A program made the translations under genes and the position numbers. The notes below the pieces were generated by a model. That model saw nothing but the letters and a program-made list of their open reading frames with translations, made no database searches and was not told where the DNA came from. From Convolutriloba macropyga (lineage: Eukaryota), in NCBI RefSeq assembly GCF_964194025.1, contig NC_134482.1:27156001-27220000 (forward strand): a stretch of DNA of 64,000 bases, given 5' to 3'. Positions 12,320-25,953 of this stretch are shown here, piece by piece (within the stretch, counting starts at the first letter, position 1; every line of letters starts with the position of its first letter).

Positions 12320-14900
12320 AAAAACTGCGTGAAACCAAATACTCTTCTTTGAGCTGTGGAATCAATGAGATGTTAAAATTCTTGAGACATTTTCACCTTG
12401 TATGTTAGAGAATTTACTAACTACTGTATATTGTAAGCAGGCTAAGTATTTTTATTGCTAATAGATGTAACACCTTCAAACACAGAAGTTAACACCAGTG
12501 AACAAAGAAGTCAAGGTTCGAGTCATCAATAGATATGCTTGAACTAATGAAAACATAGCCCGAGTTCCGGAAACGACCCGAAGATGTCTTTGCCAAAAAA
12601 CTGCCTTTAAAGTACCTAGTTTCTGACAGCAGCGAGCATCAAAGAAGTAAAATCAAAAATAAAAGACTATTCTAATTTAATAAAAAAGATTGACTAAAAA
12701 GTAATTTCAACCAAAAAAAAAGACAAAAAAATACGTTCTCAATTTGTACAATTACAAATACAAAAGGAAAACAAAATTTTAAGCAATCGAGAAAATTCCA
12801 TTGCTCACACAAATTTATGTACTCCAAAATTAACACAAAACATCACTGATTTTGAAATAAAGAGAACAACTGTAAGAATGTCAGAATAATTTTAACTTAT
12901 CATTGTCAAAATTCAAAGAAAAAGAATTGCTTGGTAACAAAGAACCTGTACTTAGTTTATAGTAGAAACTGCCCAATGGTATTGAATTTAAGTTCGGTAA
13001 CAAGTAAAATCAAAAACAAGTAAAACACATAGAAATGGGCCAAAAATGGCAAAGTTAACCGGAGAATTAGTTGAGAAACTTCAAATTAGCGTAAAACTCT
13101 CTTTAATTACCACAAACCTTTGAAACACCATCAAAATAACCTGAAAATTATAAGTTTAGTCTAAAACAACCTTTACGACTGCATAGAAAATTCCAAACAT
13201 ACCCCGCAGATTGCCGCAAATAAGCTGCCAAGGATTCCCATAACCACATAACCGCCATTGACTCTCATAATTTGGATCGTAAGAGCCGAAAAGAATGGAA
13301 AAAATTGATTGATGAAATCAAAACAATTTTAAAGTAAGAACTAATTTGATTTCATTCCATTGTTAGACAAACTCCTGCTCCTTAATGAGAAGATAAAGAG
13401 AGAGGATAAAAATGCTATTATCAATACCAATAAACATTACAGATGGTAAAAATGACTTATAAGAACAAAGTTCAAGCAGCGCGCAACTAAAACGGGGGTT
13501 TATAGCTTTATACCGTTTCTAATTTTGATTGCATTTTTTTATACGGATTCTGTTCCCTTTGCGTTGCATTGCTGAGCACCTGCTGCTTAAAATCAAATGA
13601 TTGAACAATGCAACCAGCATAGAGAAGTCCAAAAAGTTCTCATGCAAAATGTCAAAAAGCTGGCAAAAAAATTTGTATTCAACGAAGTAAAAATATTTTA
13701 AAAACGGCAATAATAACCAGCTGAGCAGATGACTGCGGCTTTTAAAAACAAAACAATCTGCACGTGAACAAAATAAAGTTGCTCGGTCTCGCTCTGTTTC
13801 AAAAGAAAGCAGTAACAAAACAACCACTCTCTATTTTCTCCGCTCTTCGAATTTGTTCACGAGGGAAAAAAATTTAAATTTTATATACTACCTGAACTTA
13901 CTGTTTCCTTGTTCGCTCGCTTATCAAAAGCAAAAGCCTCGAAGAAAGCAGTAACAAAAGAACCACTCTCTATTTTCTCCGCTCTTCGAATTTGTTCACG
14001 AGGGAAAAAATATTTAAATTTTATATACTACCTGAACTTACTGTTTCCTTGTTCGCTCGCTTATCAAAAGCAAAAGCCTCGAAGATGTCTTCACCCAAAA
14101 AGCAGCTGTCAATTATCTAGTTTCTGATAGCAGTGAGCATAAAAAGAAGAGAAAAGACTATTTTAATTGAACCAAAAAATAAATTTAAAAGAAATCATTT
14201 CAACAAAAAAAAACAAAATTTGAATTAATTGTTCTTTGTGTACAAGTACAAATAAAAAAGGAAAATAACATTTCAAGTAATCAAGACAATTCATTGCTCA
14301 CTCAAATTCCGACAAGACAAAGCAAGCACAAGTGCATCTCTAATTTCGAAATGAACCAAAGAATTGCTTGGTACCAAAAAATCTTCATTTAGTTTCTGCT
14401 CATTTACAAGCTTCTATTCAGTTACAAATAAAAGCAATAAAATGCAGTAATGGTCTAAAATCACTTCCAACCGGGAATTAGTTGAGAAAACATTCAAATT
14501 AGAATGAAACTTCAATTTAGTTGCCATGAACATTCGAAACGCTATCAAAATAACCGGAAAATCATAATTTAAGTCTGAAATAATTATTTGGACTACATAT
14601 AATTTTCAAAAAACAAGAAAACAGCTGGAAAAAGCACTTGAACAAAAATTTGCCGTCTCAAAGAATAATTTTTTACAACTACATTTCTCCCTCTGCTTCA
14701 AAAGAAGGCATGAACAAACGAACCACTCTCTTGTTTCTCCAATCTTCGAATTTGTTCTCTAAAACAACTTTTTCAAACTTTAATCACTCCTTGAACTTCC
14801 GATTTTCTGGCTCTCTCAATTATCAAAAAAAAACAGAAAACAATAAAGACACTTCGAGGCTTAAAAAACTGTGTGAAACCAATACTCTTTTTTGAGTACC
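12320..14900. repeat. Old degenerate repeat with a period of about 1.5 kb; a related piece lies at about 17610-17900
   Basis: 12578-13200 aligns by eye with 14078-14610. 13200-13560 aligns with 17615-17900. Confidence 0.65.
13803..14081. repeat. Near-perfect 139-bp tandem duplication
   Basis: 13803-13941 matches 13942-14081 with one substitution and one inserted base. AAGA microhomology at the junction. A diverged third copy lies near 14700-14860. Confidence 0.93.
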
Positions 14901-16289
14901 AAAAAACCAAAATTTCTCAAAATATACCACTCGGGGTGACAATTTACGAACAACCCTTTGCACTCTGAATGCATCTCTGCTCAATAGTTTCCGTGGATTT
15001 CATTCTTAGAGACTGTTAAGACTTTATGATAATAGCTCAGTGATTTAACATCTTCTATCTCGTTTCTCAAGGCTAGCAGTGGCAAAAACTTCGTGTTTAG
15101 ACAGAAATCTATCAGACGAGAAATCGCATAAAATGACCATCAGTACTAATATAATTGTTGCAAACTCCATTTGGAAGCAAAAAAATGCTAAGAACAAAAT
15201 CAGTGATAAACTGTTAATTCTGTGATTGAACTGATATAAAGTCTAGATATCAGCAGCAAGGACATCTGCAAATGCCTAAATTTGATATCAATTTAGCACG
15301 CAACGGTATTTTATGTATTTTCTAATCCTAGAACTAACATATCCCCACTGATCGAAAAACTGAATCTAATTTCTGGAAACATTTTTTCGAAGAGATATTA
15401 TTTTCCATGTACTTTAGCTCAATTTTATTCGATTAGCGTTCGTGACTTTTTCAGTAATCGAATATCTTGAAAGATAGGGAACTGAAATCTGTTTAAGCAA
15501 CTGAAGCTGTAGAAACACAAATATGGGTGAAAAGAGAACGCACGCTTTCCCAAGAAGTTTTTTTATTACCGAAACTAGCGGCTAAAGTATAGGTTGGTTT
15601 CTCAACGAATCACAAAAAGGTTTCTAATGCTTTGGGTTATAAGAGGACAGGATGCGACCCCCGTCTCAAGGACATCCAAATATTTTGCACCTTCACTCAG
15701 CTGTCAGCTGTGACAAGCGTGCATGGTAGATGACTCAGACAGTAAGAGACCCGTAAAACACAATTGACCCGACATTTCCTTAAACTCACAAATCAGTTGT
15801 CAGGCTCCATTATAGGCTGCAAATGAGTAGAGAACACAGTTGTTTAGAATAATCTTCATCTATTGTCAGCCCAATTAAAGTTTACAGCATTCTTGAACTC
15901 ACTCGACTAACCCAAAGAGAGGGAAGCAAGCTCTTTCAAAGGTGTCACCCACTTAGGATGTGTATTGTCTTCCGTTTTATCAATTAATTTTTTATCCAAC
16001 CCAATGAATGGAAAAATAAAAGTTTGGTATACGATTTGAAAACATTGGAGAACTTAAGAAAGCTGTAGAAATATCAATTCATCCACATTATCAATTCAAT
16101 CCCACAAACATCAAACACAGAAACCGACTAAAGTCGGATTGCTAAACGACAGGGGGGGGGGCTCGATTTATTTTCAGCCTGGTTCAGCGGGGCTGAGTTC
16201 ATAGAGCTTACTTCAGGACTTTCGGATACTACATAAAATTAAGAGAAAAATGTAACCATTTCAGGTGTGCTTTTGTTTAGACCTATCAA

Positions 16290-16410
16290 ATTCGACTGGG
16301 CTGCTACAGATCACACAATACGGGATCTCTTTATGTATGCCAGTCAAACTTGACAAAAGATATAACAAATCGAAGGCAAAGATATATGCCTAAGACCTGT
16401 CTGTGCTATA
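16290..16410 (-). mobile_element. Fragment homologous to the core of the element C LTR (probably part of a solo LTR of a related family)
   Basis: GCTACAGATCACACAATACGGGATCTCTTTATGTAT...ACAAATCGAAG...AAAGATATATG.CTAAGACCTGT is shared with 51997-52090. Element ends not resolved. Confidence 0.75.
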
Positions 16411-18448
16411 AGTCTCAATTTAAAGTAGTTGGGGGGCTGAAAAGTTCAATTAATTAAATAGATAGTTTAAATGAACAAGCTTACACTGAGTAGTATTAAA
16501 CCGGATTGAGCTGTTACTTGATTGTGTTGTTGTTAAATGATTGCGGCGTTAAAACTTCTTCCAGTCGATTTCTCACAAGTATGTTCTGTTGGAAAATTTG
16601 CTAAGTTGGAAATCTTTAATAAAATTTCTGTTTAAATTTAGGAATTTATTTTGCAAGAAAAATGAAGCAGTTGTCTGCTGCTCGTCGCTGGCTCTGTTAT
16701 TTGTCTCTCTAATTTTATTCCGTCACACTTCGCTGAGAGAAACAATTAATTCCTCTCAGCTCCGTTTGGGCCGATAGGGAGCGAATCACAAACTCACGTT
16801 CATAGTGAGGTGCTTCTTAATTTTCCTATTGGCCGAGAAGGCAAGAGAATTAACTCTTTTTTATCTCACGGAAAAATTATTGAAACTCCAAAAAATAATA
16901 AAAATCTAAAAAGCTGAGAGCATCAATTTTTGATTTCGTAGGCGCCTGTTTTCTGCTTTTCCCCTCTTCTAAAACCGCAACAATTATGGTTTTCTTGGGG
17001 GCTTTTTATGAGACTCTATTGTCTTTTCCCCTGAAGCAATCTGCTTCATCTTTATTGAACTTGGGGGGAAAGATCTGCATTGCAACTGTCAAAAGCAGAA
17101 GTAATTTAAATCAAAAGAAACTGTGGTTTTACAGGCCGCCTACGTTCAACAACGTACATTTTCTATCCTGGATATAAGCGAGGAGGTCCAGGCCTAAAGT
17201 TGTGTTATTTAAATAAGTCGAACTGAGTTGTTTAAATACTTGTGTACTGGTAGTCTTAACAAGCGTTAGTTTGTTTAGCGCGCGGCGAAAGAATGGTTAA
17301 TTAGCGCCTAAATACGTTCGATCTAATGCGGGATTAATTATCCGTTCATTTGTAACGGCTCTCGTAATACTACAGACCCTAAATGCTAAAGTTCCGCAAT
17401 TTATTATAAGTTTTCAGCAACTTGACATCTGAATCAGGCAACTTAGCTCATAAAAATATTAAGAAGTCAAACTTGATAAACACTGGAAAATCAGCGAGGC
17501 AAAAATATTCTCGAATAAAAACTGCTCAATCAAAAATTTTTTATGAAACAAAATATCAATTGCTCTCTAGCAAAAAAACTCAAGAAAAACTGAAGTCCTT
17601 TTCAGGTGCTAAACATACCCAGCAGATTGCCGGAAGATGATTGACTCTCATTGCGACAATTGAGAATGAAACAAAAAACACTGTTATGTAAGAAACGTCA
17701 AAACTTACCGCTATTTCATTCAGATTTTGAAAATAGGCACACTACTGTTTCTTTATATATGATTAATTATCAACACCAATAGGCATTTGAACTGTTTACA
17801 ATGACTATTTAAAATAAACTTCAAGCACCGGGCATAAAAACTGGGCTTCAGGGATTTTTCAAGATTCTCTTTTGATTTGTTCAATATGGACTCTGCTCAT
17901 TTTAGATTTCTCTGCTGATTCACTGTTCCTGTAAAAATTTTGATAAGAATGCACAAAACAGCTTAAAGAATTTAACAACATTTCGCAAATTATATCGAAA
18001 AAGAAGTGAATTTCTGTAAATCAAAGCAATTTACTGTTTGACGAAATAACAATTAATACCAAAAAAATGCCGTTATCATTTCTAAGTTTAAAAAAATCAG
18101 AACGCAACCAAACGCCTATTTGAAAAACACAATTTTAACATCGTTTGAAAAAAGGACAAACAAATGAAATTAAAACGATGTATGCAACAAAAAATATTCT
18201 TTTGTTAAAATTAAATATTAACAAGTTTTGAGTCAAAATCTTTACACCAAACATAAGTGCATTCCTCCGATGATTGGCTGCAAATCAGAAAATTCAACAA
18301 AAGCAACACATACCAAATCAATTATTTAAAAAGAAATAGAAGCATGAAAATTAATAAGAAAGTCTGGAAAATCAGGTATGAAAAAAATTGTTCACTCTAA
18401 ATTGCCCATCAAACAATCAAATGTCTTCCTTTAGTACAACAGCGCAAA

Positions 18449-18648
18449 NNNNNNNNNNNNNNNNNNNNNNNNNNNNNNNNNNNNNNNNNNNNNNNNNNNN
18501 NNNNNNNNNNNNNNNNNNNNNNNNNNNNNNNNNNNNNNNNNNNNNNNNNNNNNNNNNNNNNNNNNNNNNNNNNNNNNNNNNNNNNNNNNNNNNNNNNNNN
18601 NNNNNNNNNNNNNNNNNNNNNNNNNNNNNNNNNNNNNNNNNNNNNNNN
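18449..18648. other. Assembly gap (200 N)
   Basis: Run of N; the round length suggests a scaffold placeholder. Confidence 0.99.
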
Positions 18649-18923
18649 CTGAGAAGGTGAGTGCGGCTATTAAAAACAGTTATGTGAGGGTAATAGTATC
18701 GAGATTGCTACAATGGCTATAAATACTTCAACTGGCTCAAAATAGAATATTATGCAAAACTCTATTTGATGCTCTTCTCAGAGAACCATATTATTAAACT
18801 AAAACAGCATGAAAATTATACGAAACTAATAAACTGTACATTGCAGAGATTTTAGTTTTAGAACTGTTTCCTTCCTTCCAACGTGAACGAAAAGTTTTTC
18901 TGGGAAGGAGCAAGACCAGTTCC

Positions 18924-19150
18924 CTAGTTCTCGTTATCGGTGCCATCGATAACATCAGCTCCAGATATGTATCCTCCACTATTGTTCACAAGAGCGGCAT
19001 TGTTTGAATCCCTATTATTTACGTTGTTGTTTGCTGAGCTCCATTCGCGTACCTCTCTGAGTCGGATAAACATGACTACTGGAATGTACTTTCCCTCTTT
19101 TCGGTCAAATACACTTTCAATTTCTTCTGACAGAATCATTTTCCCAAAAC
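18924..19150 (-). CDS. Terminal exon: end of CAP-Gly (GFGKMILSEEIESVFDR...) plus Asn-rich tail, stop TAG
   Basis: Acceptor tcttttttgcacag, phase 1. Continues CPP-GFGKMI, consistent with the CAP-Gly C-terminal strand. 227 nt. Confidence 0.85.
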
Positions 19151-19279
19151 CTGTGCAAAAAAGACATTTTGAGACCCATTACGTTTTAAGGCACAATTCA
19201 TCTCAAATACTTTAAGCTAGCACTGTAAAAATTATGTATAATTATCATCTATCTTCTCGTATCGAATTTTTACCCCAAA

Positions 19280-20710
19280 AAGCTGTAAGATTAGGGTAGT
19301 AATCAGGGGAATTTTAGCCAATTCCCCTCAAAACTCTTACATCATTGTGGGGGGGGGGGGGTAATGGGGGTATTTCGATGCAAGAGTGCGGGGTAAGGAG
19401 TGCAATTTGGGGAGGGGATGGTGTAGTAGGGGGTATTTTTGGGCGGTTAAATGAAGCAAGAATAGTGGGTTAATGAAGGTAAAACGATGCAGGTGTAGGA
19501 GGTAATGGGTGGTAAACCGATGCAAGAGTAGGAGGTAAAGGGAGTAAAACGACACAAAAGTAGGAGAGTAACAGGGGGTAAAACTATGGGAGAGGAGGAG
19601 GGTAATGGGGGTAGAAATATGCAAGAGTAAAGGGAAAGGGATACATTACCCCCTCACTCTTGCGTCCTATTACCCTCCATTACCCCCCACTCTTGCATCG
19701 CTGTACCCGCTTAACACCATACACTTGCAACGTTTTAGCACTATAAAACCCCTACTCTTGCATCAATTTACCTCCTTGGCAGCCCCACTCGCACATCGTT
19801 TTACCTCCATAGTCTCAGAGTGGCCAACTTGAACTCACAACCTCTGTCCCCCGATCCAGTTCGCCTTAGCCCGCACACCACCGATGCTTGCCCAACACTA
19901 ACCAACCAATGTAAATGAATCAAACATTATATCCCACCACTATTACATCATTTCTCCACTCTAAAAATACTCCCTAATCTTAGATCTGAATTAAGGGGTA
20001 ATCTTGGGGGTTGATGTCTAAAAATTACCCCTAGTCCCAATAACCGCTCTATCTTATTTTCCAATTACTCCCATATCTTGAATCCAAAACTTTCACCTTA
20101 CTCCCCATTTCCCGCTGATTATACATTTTTTAGCCCCTAAAATAACCCCCTAAATTTTTATCATTTTGGATGGCTCTTTTGGGGATAAAATTGAACTATT
20201 ACCCAATTACTCCCCATTACCACCCTATCTTACATCATTTAACCCGCTAAAAATACCCCCTAACATTACATCATTTAGAATGGTACTTTGTTGGTAAAAT
20301 CTAAAAAACCCCTTTAAGCCCCATTACACCCATTACCACCTCAATACTGCATCATTTTACCGCCATTAATTACCCCCTAATCTTAAATTTTTGAATTTAG
20401 AGGTTATTTTTGATTTTTAGTGGTTAAGTTTATTAATTCCCCACATTACCCCCTAGTCTACATCGTTTTACCTCCTAAAATTAACCCCTAATCTTACATC
20501 CTTCTGGGCGGTAAATTTGGCGCGAATTTTTTTTAGGTGGGGCTTATTTTGCGAGGCAAATAATCCCCACTACTCTCCATTACCCCCTAATCTCACATCG
20601 TTTTACCCCTTAAAATGACCCCCTAATCTTACATCATTTTGGGGGGTATTTTTGGGGGGGGGGGGCGGGATGTAATATGTAAAAAAATTCCCCTACCATC
20701 CCCCATCAAC
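19280..20710. repeat. Degenerate minisatellite (ATTACCCCCTAATCTTACATC-like units) in both orientations
   Basis: G-rich copies at about 19350-19640 are the reverse complement of C-rich copies at 19645-20640. Confidence 0.8.
19816..19887 (-). other. tRNA-like / SINE-head-like sequence embedded in the minisatellite
   Basis: The minus strand has A-box-like TGGTGTGCGGG and B-box-like GAGTTCAAGTT at tRNA-like spacing. No convincing acceptor stem. Confidence 0.45.
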
Positions 20711-20777
20711 CTAGGGTCTGAACGTAAAAAGTGATTTTAAAGTGTATATCATCTGACTGAATGTAGATGATTTAATT

Positions 20778-21123
20778 ATCAGTTAATTTGGCTCAACGTC
20801 AAAATTTAGGCCCTTGTTGGATAATTGAGTTACTGTACACGTCATTTACGCCAGTAAATAAAATTTTTAGACGACAGATTTTCAAAATTTGTAAATGATT
20901 GTTCTCACTCGGCCATCGTGACCAGCTTTAATCAGTTTATAACTCTTTAGTTTTAAACTAATGAATTATAAACTGATTAAAGCGATGGCCGAGTTGAAAT
21001 CATTATTTACAAATTTTGAAAACACTTCGTTTAAAAATATAATTTACATGCGTAAAGGACGTGTAGAGTAACTTAAATATCGAATAAAAGCCTGAATTTG
21101 GACTTTGAGCCAAATTAACTGAT
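20778..21123. mobile_element. Foldback/MITE-like imperfect palindrome of about 346 bp
   Basis: ATCAGTTAATTTGGCTCAA...TTGAGCCAAATTAACTGAT. Arms pair along their full length to a centre at TAGTTTTAAACTA near 20955. Confidence 0.88.
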
Positions 21124-21586
21124 GGAGAAGTCAAACACGTCTGTAAAAAACTTTTTTAAACAAGATAACAAGATTGAGATAACTCTGGTTTCGCTAAAAC
21201 GAGCACTTCTCTCAAATTCATGAAAACAATTGTTTTGGACAATTGTATATCTTGGACAACTACAACTGTATATCTTGTGTTTCCTCATGGTCCACGATGT
21301 CACTGTTATTTATTTTAAACTAAAGAAACAAACGGTACGAAAATACTTCTCATCATTCATCGATGCTCATTTTTTTAAATAATTGTTTCATATTTAAGCT
21401 CCCACCCGGGTTGACCCTTCCTTAAAACCATAAAAAGACCACAAATGGTTCTCGGAAACCATACGTAAGACCATAAATGGTTCCAACCAAAAAGGGCCAA
21501 AATTTCGTGTATGTTCTTGCTTTAGTTTCAAGTCCTTTCAAAATTTTATGAACTTTATTTTACAAGAGAGCTCAGGTTGCTCTTAC

Positions 21587-21781
21587 CTGGTGGGCACTTG
21601 AACAGTCTGTGACCGTGAACGAGTCCATCGGTGTTTCCCACTTGTGAGTCTAGTTTCAACCCCAGGTAGAGTCTGTGGTGGCTCTTCCTCCTGTCCAGGG
21701 TCCCCATCCACTTCACAGTTCCCGTCAGAGGCACTTTGCCATACTTCTCACGCTTCATCTCACGAAGGGAGACACGGAAAC
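21587..21781 (-). CDS. CAP-Gly domain exon (GFRVSLREMKREKYGKVPLTGTVKWMGTLDRRKSHHRLYLGLKLDSQVGNTDGLVHGHRLFKCPP)
   Basis: Acceptor tttcag, donor CAG|gtaaga. 195 nt, phase 1 to 1. Matches the CAP-Gly pattern G-x-V-x-W/F-x-G...G-L-x-L-D...G-x-x-D-G...G-x-R-x-F-x-C. Confidence 0.9.
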
Positions 21782-22251
21782 CTGAAAGTTACACAAACTA
21801 GTGTCAAATCTCACGCAAGCACTTCCAATATGGTGTGGAATCTGCACGTGCTTTGCTTTGTTGCAATGTTCACAAAGGAATTTATACACTTGTTGAGGAA
21901 ACCATGTAGAAAATGCACACCTTATTGTATAAACGATGCTTTGGGTTGATTCAAAGGATCTATTCTGTGCCCCCTCCCTCCCCAGATTAGTGGGCATGCA
22001 TAAAACTGTTACTCCCCCACAGGCGCACGCGTTTTTTACATAGTAACATGCTACACAAAAACAGATAAATTGTAATTGGATGCAAAAGGAACACTGGGGA
22101 GAATAGAATTAAAACAGATTAGTTGGCGGCAAAAATGCTCCATTAGTTCAAATTAACTTAAATTAATATTTTTGCTTTGATTTGCTAAAGTTCAAGTTTT
22201 ATCATTTTCAATCGCCCAATGATCAGATTTCACTCACAATAGAATCGTTAC

Positions 22252-22466
22252 CTTTTGTGATGTACTTTGACAACTGAAGATCCGTGTCGTGATAATCAGG
22301 CACTGGTTCTAAATTCAAATCCATTCTCTCCTCGTACCTATTCCCCTTTGTACCCACTCTTCCTCCCACACCTTCTCCTACTCCTCCTTCTCCTCCGTTC
22401 CCAGGCACTCCGTCCAACACTGGGTCGAAGGTCTCTCTCCCACTCGGAGATCGCCATTCGGGGATT
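22252..22466 (-). CDS. Coiled-coil/CAP-Gly gene exon (IPEWRSPSGRETFDPVLDG...LSKYITK)
   Basis: Acceptor ttatttag, donor AAG|gtaacg. 215 nt, phase 2 to 1. Confidence 0.82.
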
Positions 22467-23248
22467 CTAAATAATGTGCTTATATGAAATATCACCAAAT
22501 CCCAGGTTGAGGTGCCAGACCGAAAGTCAACTTGTCCAGACCGTCCCCAGGCAAAACATGCATATGTCCACATTTTAAAAGTTTAACTTTTCAAAAAATG
22601 TCAACATATGAAACAGATCAACAAATTTTTCCAAAAATTTTTGCTGGGAACTCGAACTGCCCGAGCTTTCTTACCACATGTGAACTACTTATGTTGGGAA
22701 GGGGGATGTCCTTAGTACGATTATGATGTCTGTCGTCTTCCGAACTTCTGCTAGGCTCAACAGTGAGGGGACTCTGTCGCCCAGAAGATCGATCAAATAA
22801 TATAAACCAAAATTTTCAAATTGGTGAAGCAAGCGGTACTTTGTTACTCTGCAATTTCCCCTCCTCCACTCTTGTATGCTGTTGCAAATTAGATTGCCTT
22901 GAAATAAGTTAATTCACAATGGGGCTCGTAATATCAATTCTACTTATATGGATAACAAAGGTAAGAGAACTTCTTGCACATCAATGAAAAAGACAAATTC
23001 AAGACAATTTATAACAGTAATTAATATAATAATAGCAATAACCGTGGTTCACTTCCATAATGATCTAAATCAAAAACGCTCACAGTATCCCAACTGGTTT
23101 TGCGATTACAAACTTCCAGAGTTCAGCCTCAATCTCAATTTCTTCCTTGCTTTTCACACCACCTTTTAAAGTTTAGTCCCACTAAACCAACTGCTTTCTC
23201 TCACTTGTGCGAATCCAAACTTCTGAAGTTCTCCCAAAATCTCCAAAG

Positions 23249-23250
23249 TC

Positions 23251-23288
<38 letters not shown>
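23249..23288 (+). repeat. (TC)n microsatellite
   Basis: Seen directly, one interruption. Confidence 0.95.
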
Positions 23289-23290
<2 letters not shown>

Positions 23291-25708
23291 TAAAATTTCT
23301 GTGTCACTTCAATTTATACTCAACCAATACGCTCTTATCTTAAGCAAACAAACCTTAATCTCTTAAGTAAGCATTGCAACTTTAACTTTAAATCTATTAC
23401 ATTCTGTAGGTGGGCTTTGTTTGCTATGCAAACTAACCAATGTCAAATTATGCTCTGTCATTCAACTGCTACCAACCATTGTTCAACTTTCTCCTTATCT
23501 TAAGTACACGACCTTTGGACTCTTATGTAAACAAATCCACTCCACTTTATCTCATATTTGCACTTGATTTGTCAATCAGTGTTTGCTTAGTAAACATTGA
23601 ATGTTGCTCTGAAAATTTCTTATACCTCTATTTCCGCAAAAAAAATAATTAGCTGCAATCAATCCCTGTCAAAAGTCACGTGTTGAATAAATAACTAAAC
23701 TCAACCCTTAACCAAAGACCAATTGTAATTTCAAATTTTGAAACTTTTTCATGCAATTCCCCAGTTAAAAACAGCCGAAAAGTCTAATAATCCTAAAAGC
23801 CCAAAGTTTCACCTCTAGGGGTCATCCAAAGGTCACCCGACCAAAATGAAGGATAAAGTTCAAAACTAACTATTTTCACGGAAAGTTCTCTCATAGTTAC
23901 ACCTACCCACCAATTTTTATCACCTATTTCCTAAAAGAACACGAGCAATGACCGCGCACACTTTTTATCGACCACCCGGATGACCCCAAATTTCACAACT
24001 TAATAACTCGCACAGTAGTGATCAAAACGTCTTCGGGTAAAGTTTTCTAGTAATTATAGGTGCCACCAACTTGCCTGCCAAGTTTCATGACCAACGAATC
24101 AGCCGTTGCGAGTAGTTTGCGATTTGAAAATTTTTAACGAGTTGTTGGCGCCGAAACCCGAAAAATCTGAGTTCGTCAAAATTGACCGGGGTGGTTATTT
24201 TTTGTCACTAACTCTCTCAAATTGTCATATTAATACCATTTCAAAGTCATTCGGCCACTCAAAAAAGCCAATTTCCGGTTTTCGGCACTCGGGTCGTCCC
24301 GAAGCACCGACTTCCGGTCGGAATCGGGGGTTAAAAATATCAACAATCAAAAGCACTTGAAAAGTTACACTAACCCTTCAAAAATCAGAGGGCTACTACC
24401 AAAAATCCACGAGCAATTCAAATTTTACGTTCCGCAGAACGGGCATGCGCTAGTTCCGTGCAGGTTGGTATGGGGTCAAATCCGACATCAAAATCGGATT
24501 TCTCGTACCCAAATTAGTCTATCCCCCAATTTTCAGGTCAATCCGACTTCACTTTTTAGAGAAATTACTATTTCAATTTAAGTGCTAACTGTCTTCCGGT
24601 AAAAACAGCCTATTTACCGCAGAATACCCAAAAAGTGATCCAAACTGCTTTTGCATGATCATCTCATGCAGTACTCTGGACTTAATACCCATTGCAACCC
24701 TTAGTTACACTTATATCATACTCGAACAGTCATTTTTCGCTCAAAATATCGAAAACCTACAAATCACCCTAGTTCCGGTGCTAAGTACTCGGAGTTGGCC
24801 CGAAAGGTATACCAGCCTGAGAGGACCATTGGGTATACATGCCATTGGTATTTCAAAAAACCGATAGACTGTCTTTTTATTTACTCTAAATCAACAAAAC
24901 TCTACTTAAATAACTCAGATCAAAAAGGTGTAACCGGCCGCGCATCCCTATTATATATGGAAAACCATCAGGGGAACATCACCAAAAATTTTCAGATTCC
25001 AATGATGAACATAACTTAAAAAGTCGAGGGTAACAGGTTTGGGAATGCCCATTATTTTGCAAATTCTAAATTGCACTTTCATTTACTTCAAATTGAATTT
25101 CCAATTCTGTTCAAAGAATCTAGTTCACTTCAAATCTTCGCTCTCTAGTTTTCTTCTAAATTTAAATCACTCATTAGGACCTTGTTCTGATTCACAAATA
25201 CAACTTTGCTAAGTAAACGAAATATATCGACAGCTCAACATGCTTTTGTTAATCAATGTGTTTGTTTAAGATATATCACTCAACTCTCTTCTCTGGCGCC
25301 TGCCAAACAATAACACTTTAAGAAAGTACGCTTAACTCAAGCGCCTAATTAACTTGTCTAAGTTGACCTAATTTATCTAACTTACTCGCCCTCTCCCATG
25401 TCATTTTACAAAAATTAAGGACTACTTCAATTTCATACTATTAAAATAAAATTAAAACTAATTCCTTTTGTTTCGCATTGAAATCAGATTTAAAAACCAT
25501 CGACGTTCTGTGTAATATTAGAATGAAAAGGCATGGGTCTCAGATCTGAAGAAATTTCTATGGACTGCTTGTATGGCCTAAATATGATTGCCAAGAATTG
25601 AGTACGATAGTCATGCGGAGAAGGTTTTAGGAGGTTCTCAAATCTCACAAACCTTCTAGACCGAAAACTAAATATTGTTTATTACGTAATGGCACCCATA
25701 ATCTTTAC

Positions 25709-25953
25709 CTCTGTAGCGAAGCTTGCTTGTGAGCTCTCCTGGACGACGGTCGAGATCCGGGGCTTCCCATTGCTGTCTTGGCCCTGGACTGTCCACCCCC
25801 TCCCCCACTCCTGCCAGTCAAGAGGACATTGTGGTGCATGTTGAGATTTAGTCTGCTTCTCTCAGTTGTTGTGGCTGATTTTGAACCCTGATTAGAGGCT
25901 GGTGGTTTTTGAGTTCCATAAACATCCTCAACGTTTCCAGTAACTGCTGCCAC
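25709..25953 (-). CDS. Coiled-coil/CAP-Gly gene exon, low-complexity S/G/R linker (VAAVTGNVEDVYG...KQASLQR)
   Basis: Acceptor atttttag, donor GAG|gtaaag. 245 nt, phase 0 to 2. GC-rich island in AT-rich DNA. Linkage to the 61331 exon rests on phase compatibility only. Confidence 0.8.

Noticed and set aside
18388-18660. ORF spanning the X run
   Set aside because: Artefact of the assembly gap.
19337-19832. His/Pro/Leu-rich ORFs
   Set aside because: Translations of the minisatellite.
23700-25060. Probable non-autonomous DNA transposon (GC-richer block with AAGTTTCAT-type motifs)
   Set aside because: I could not define termini or a TSD by eye.
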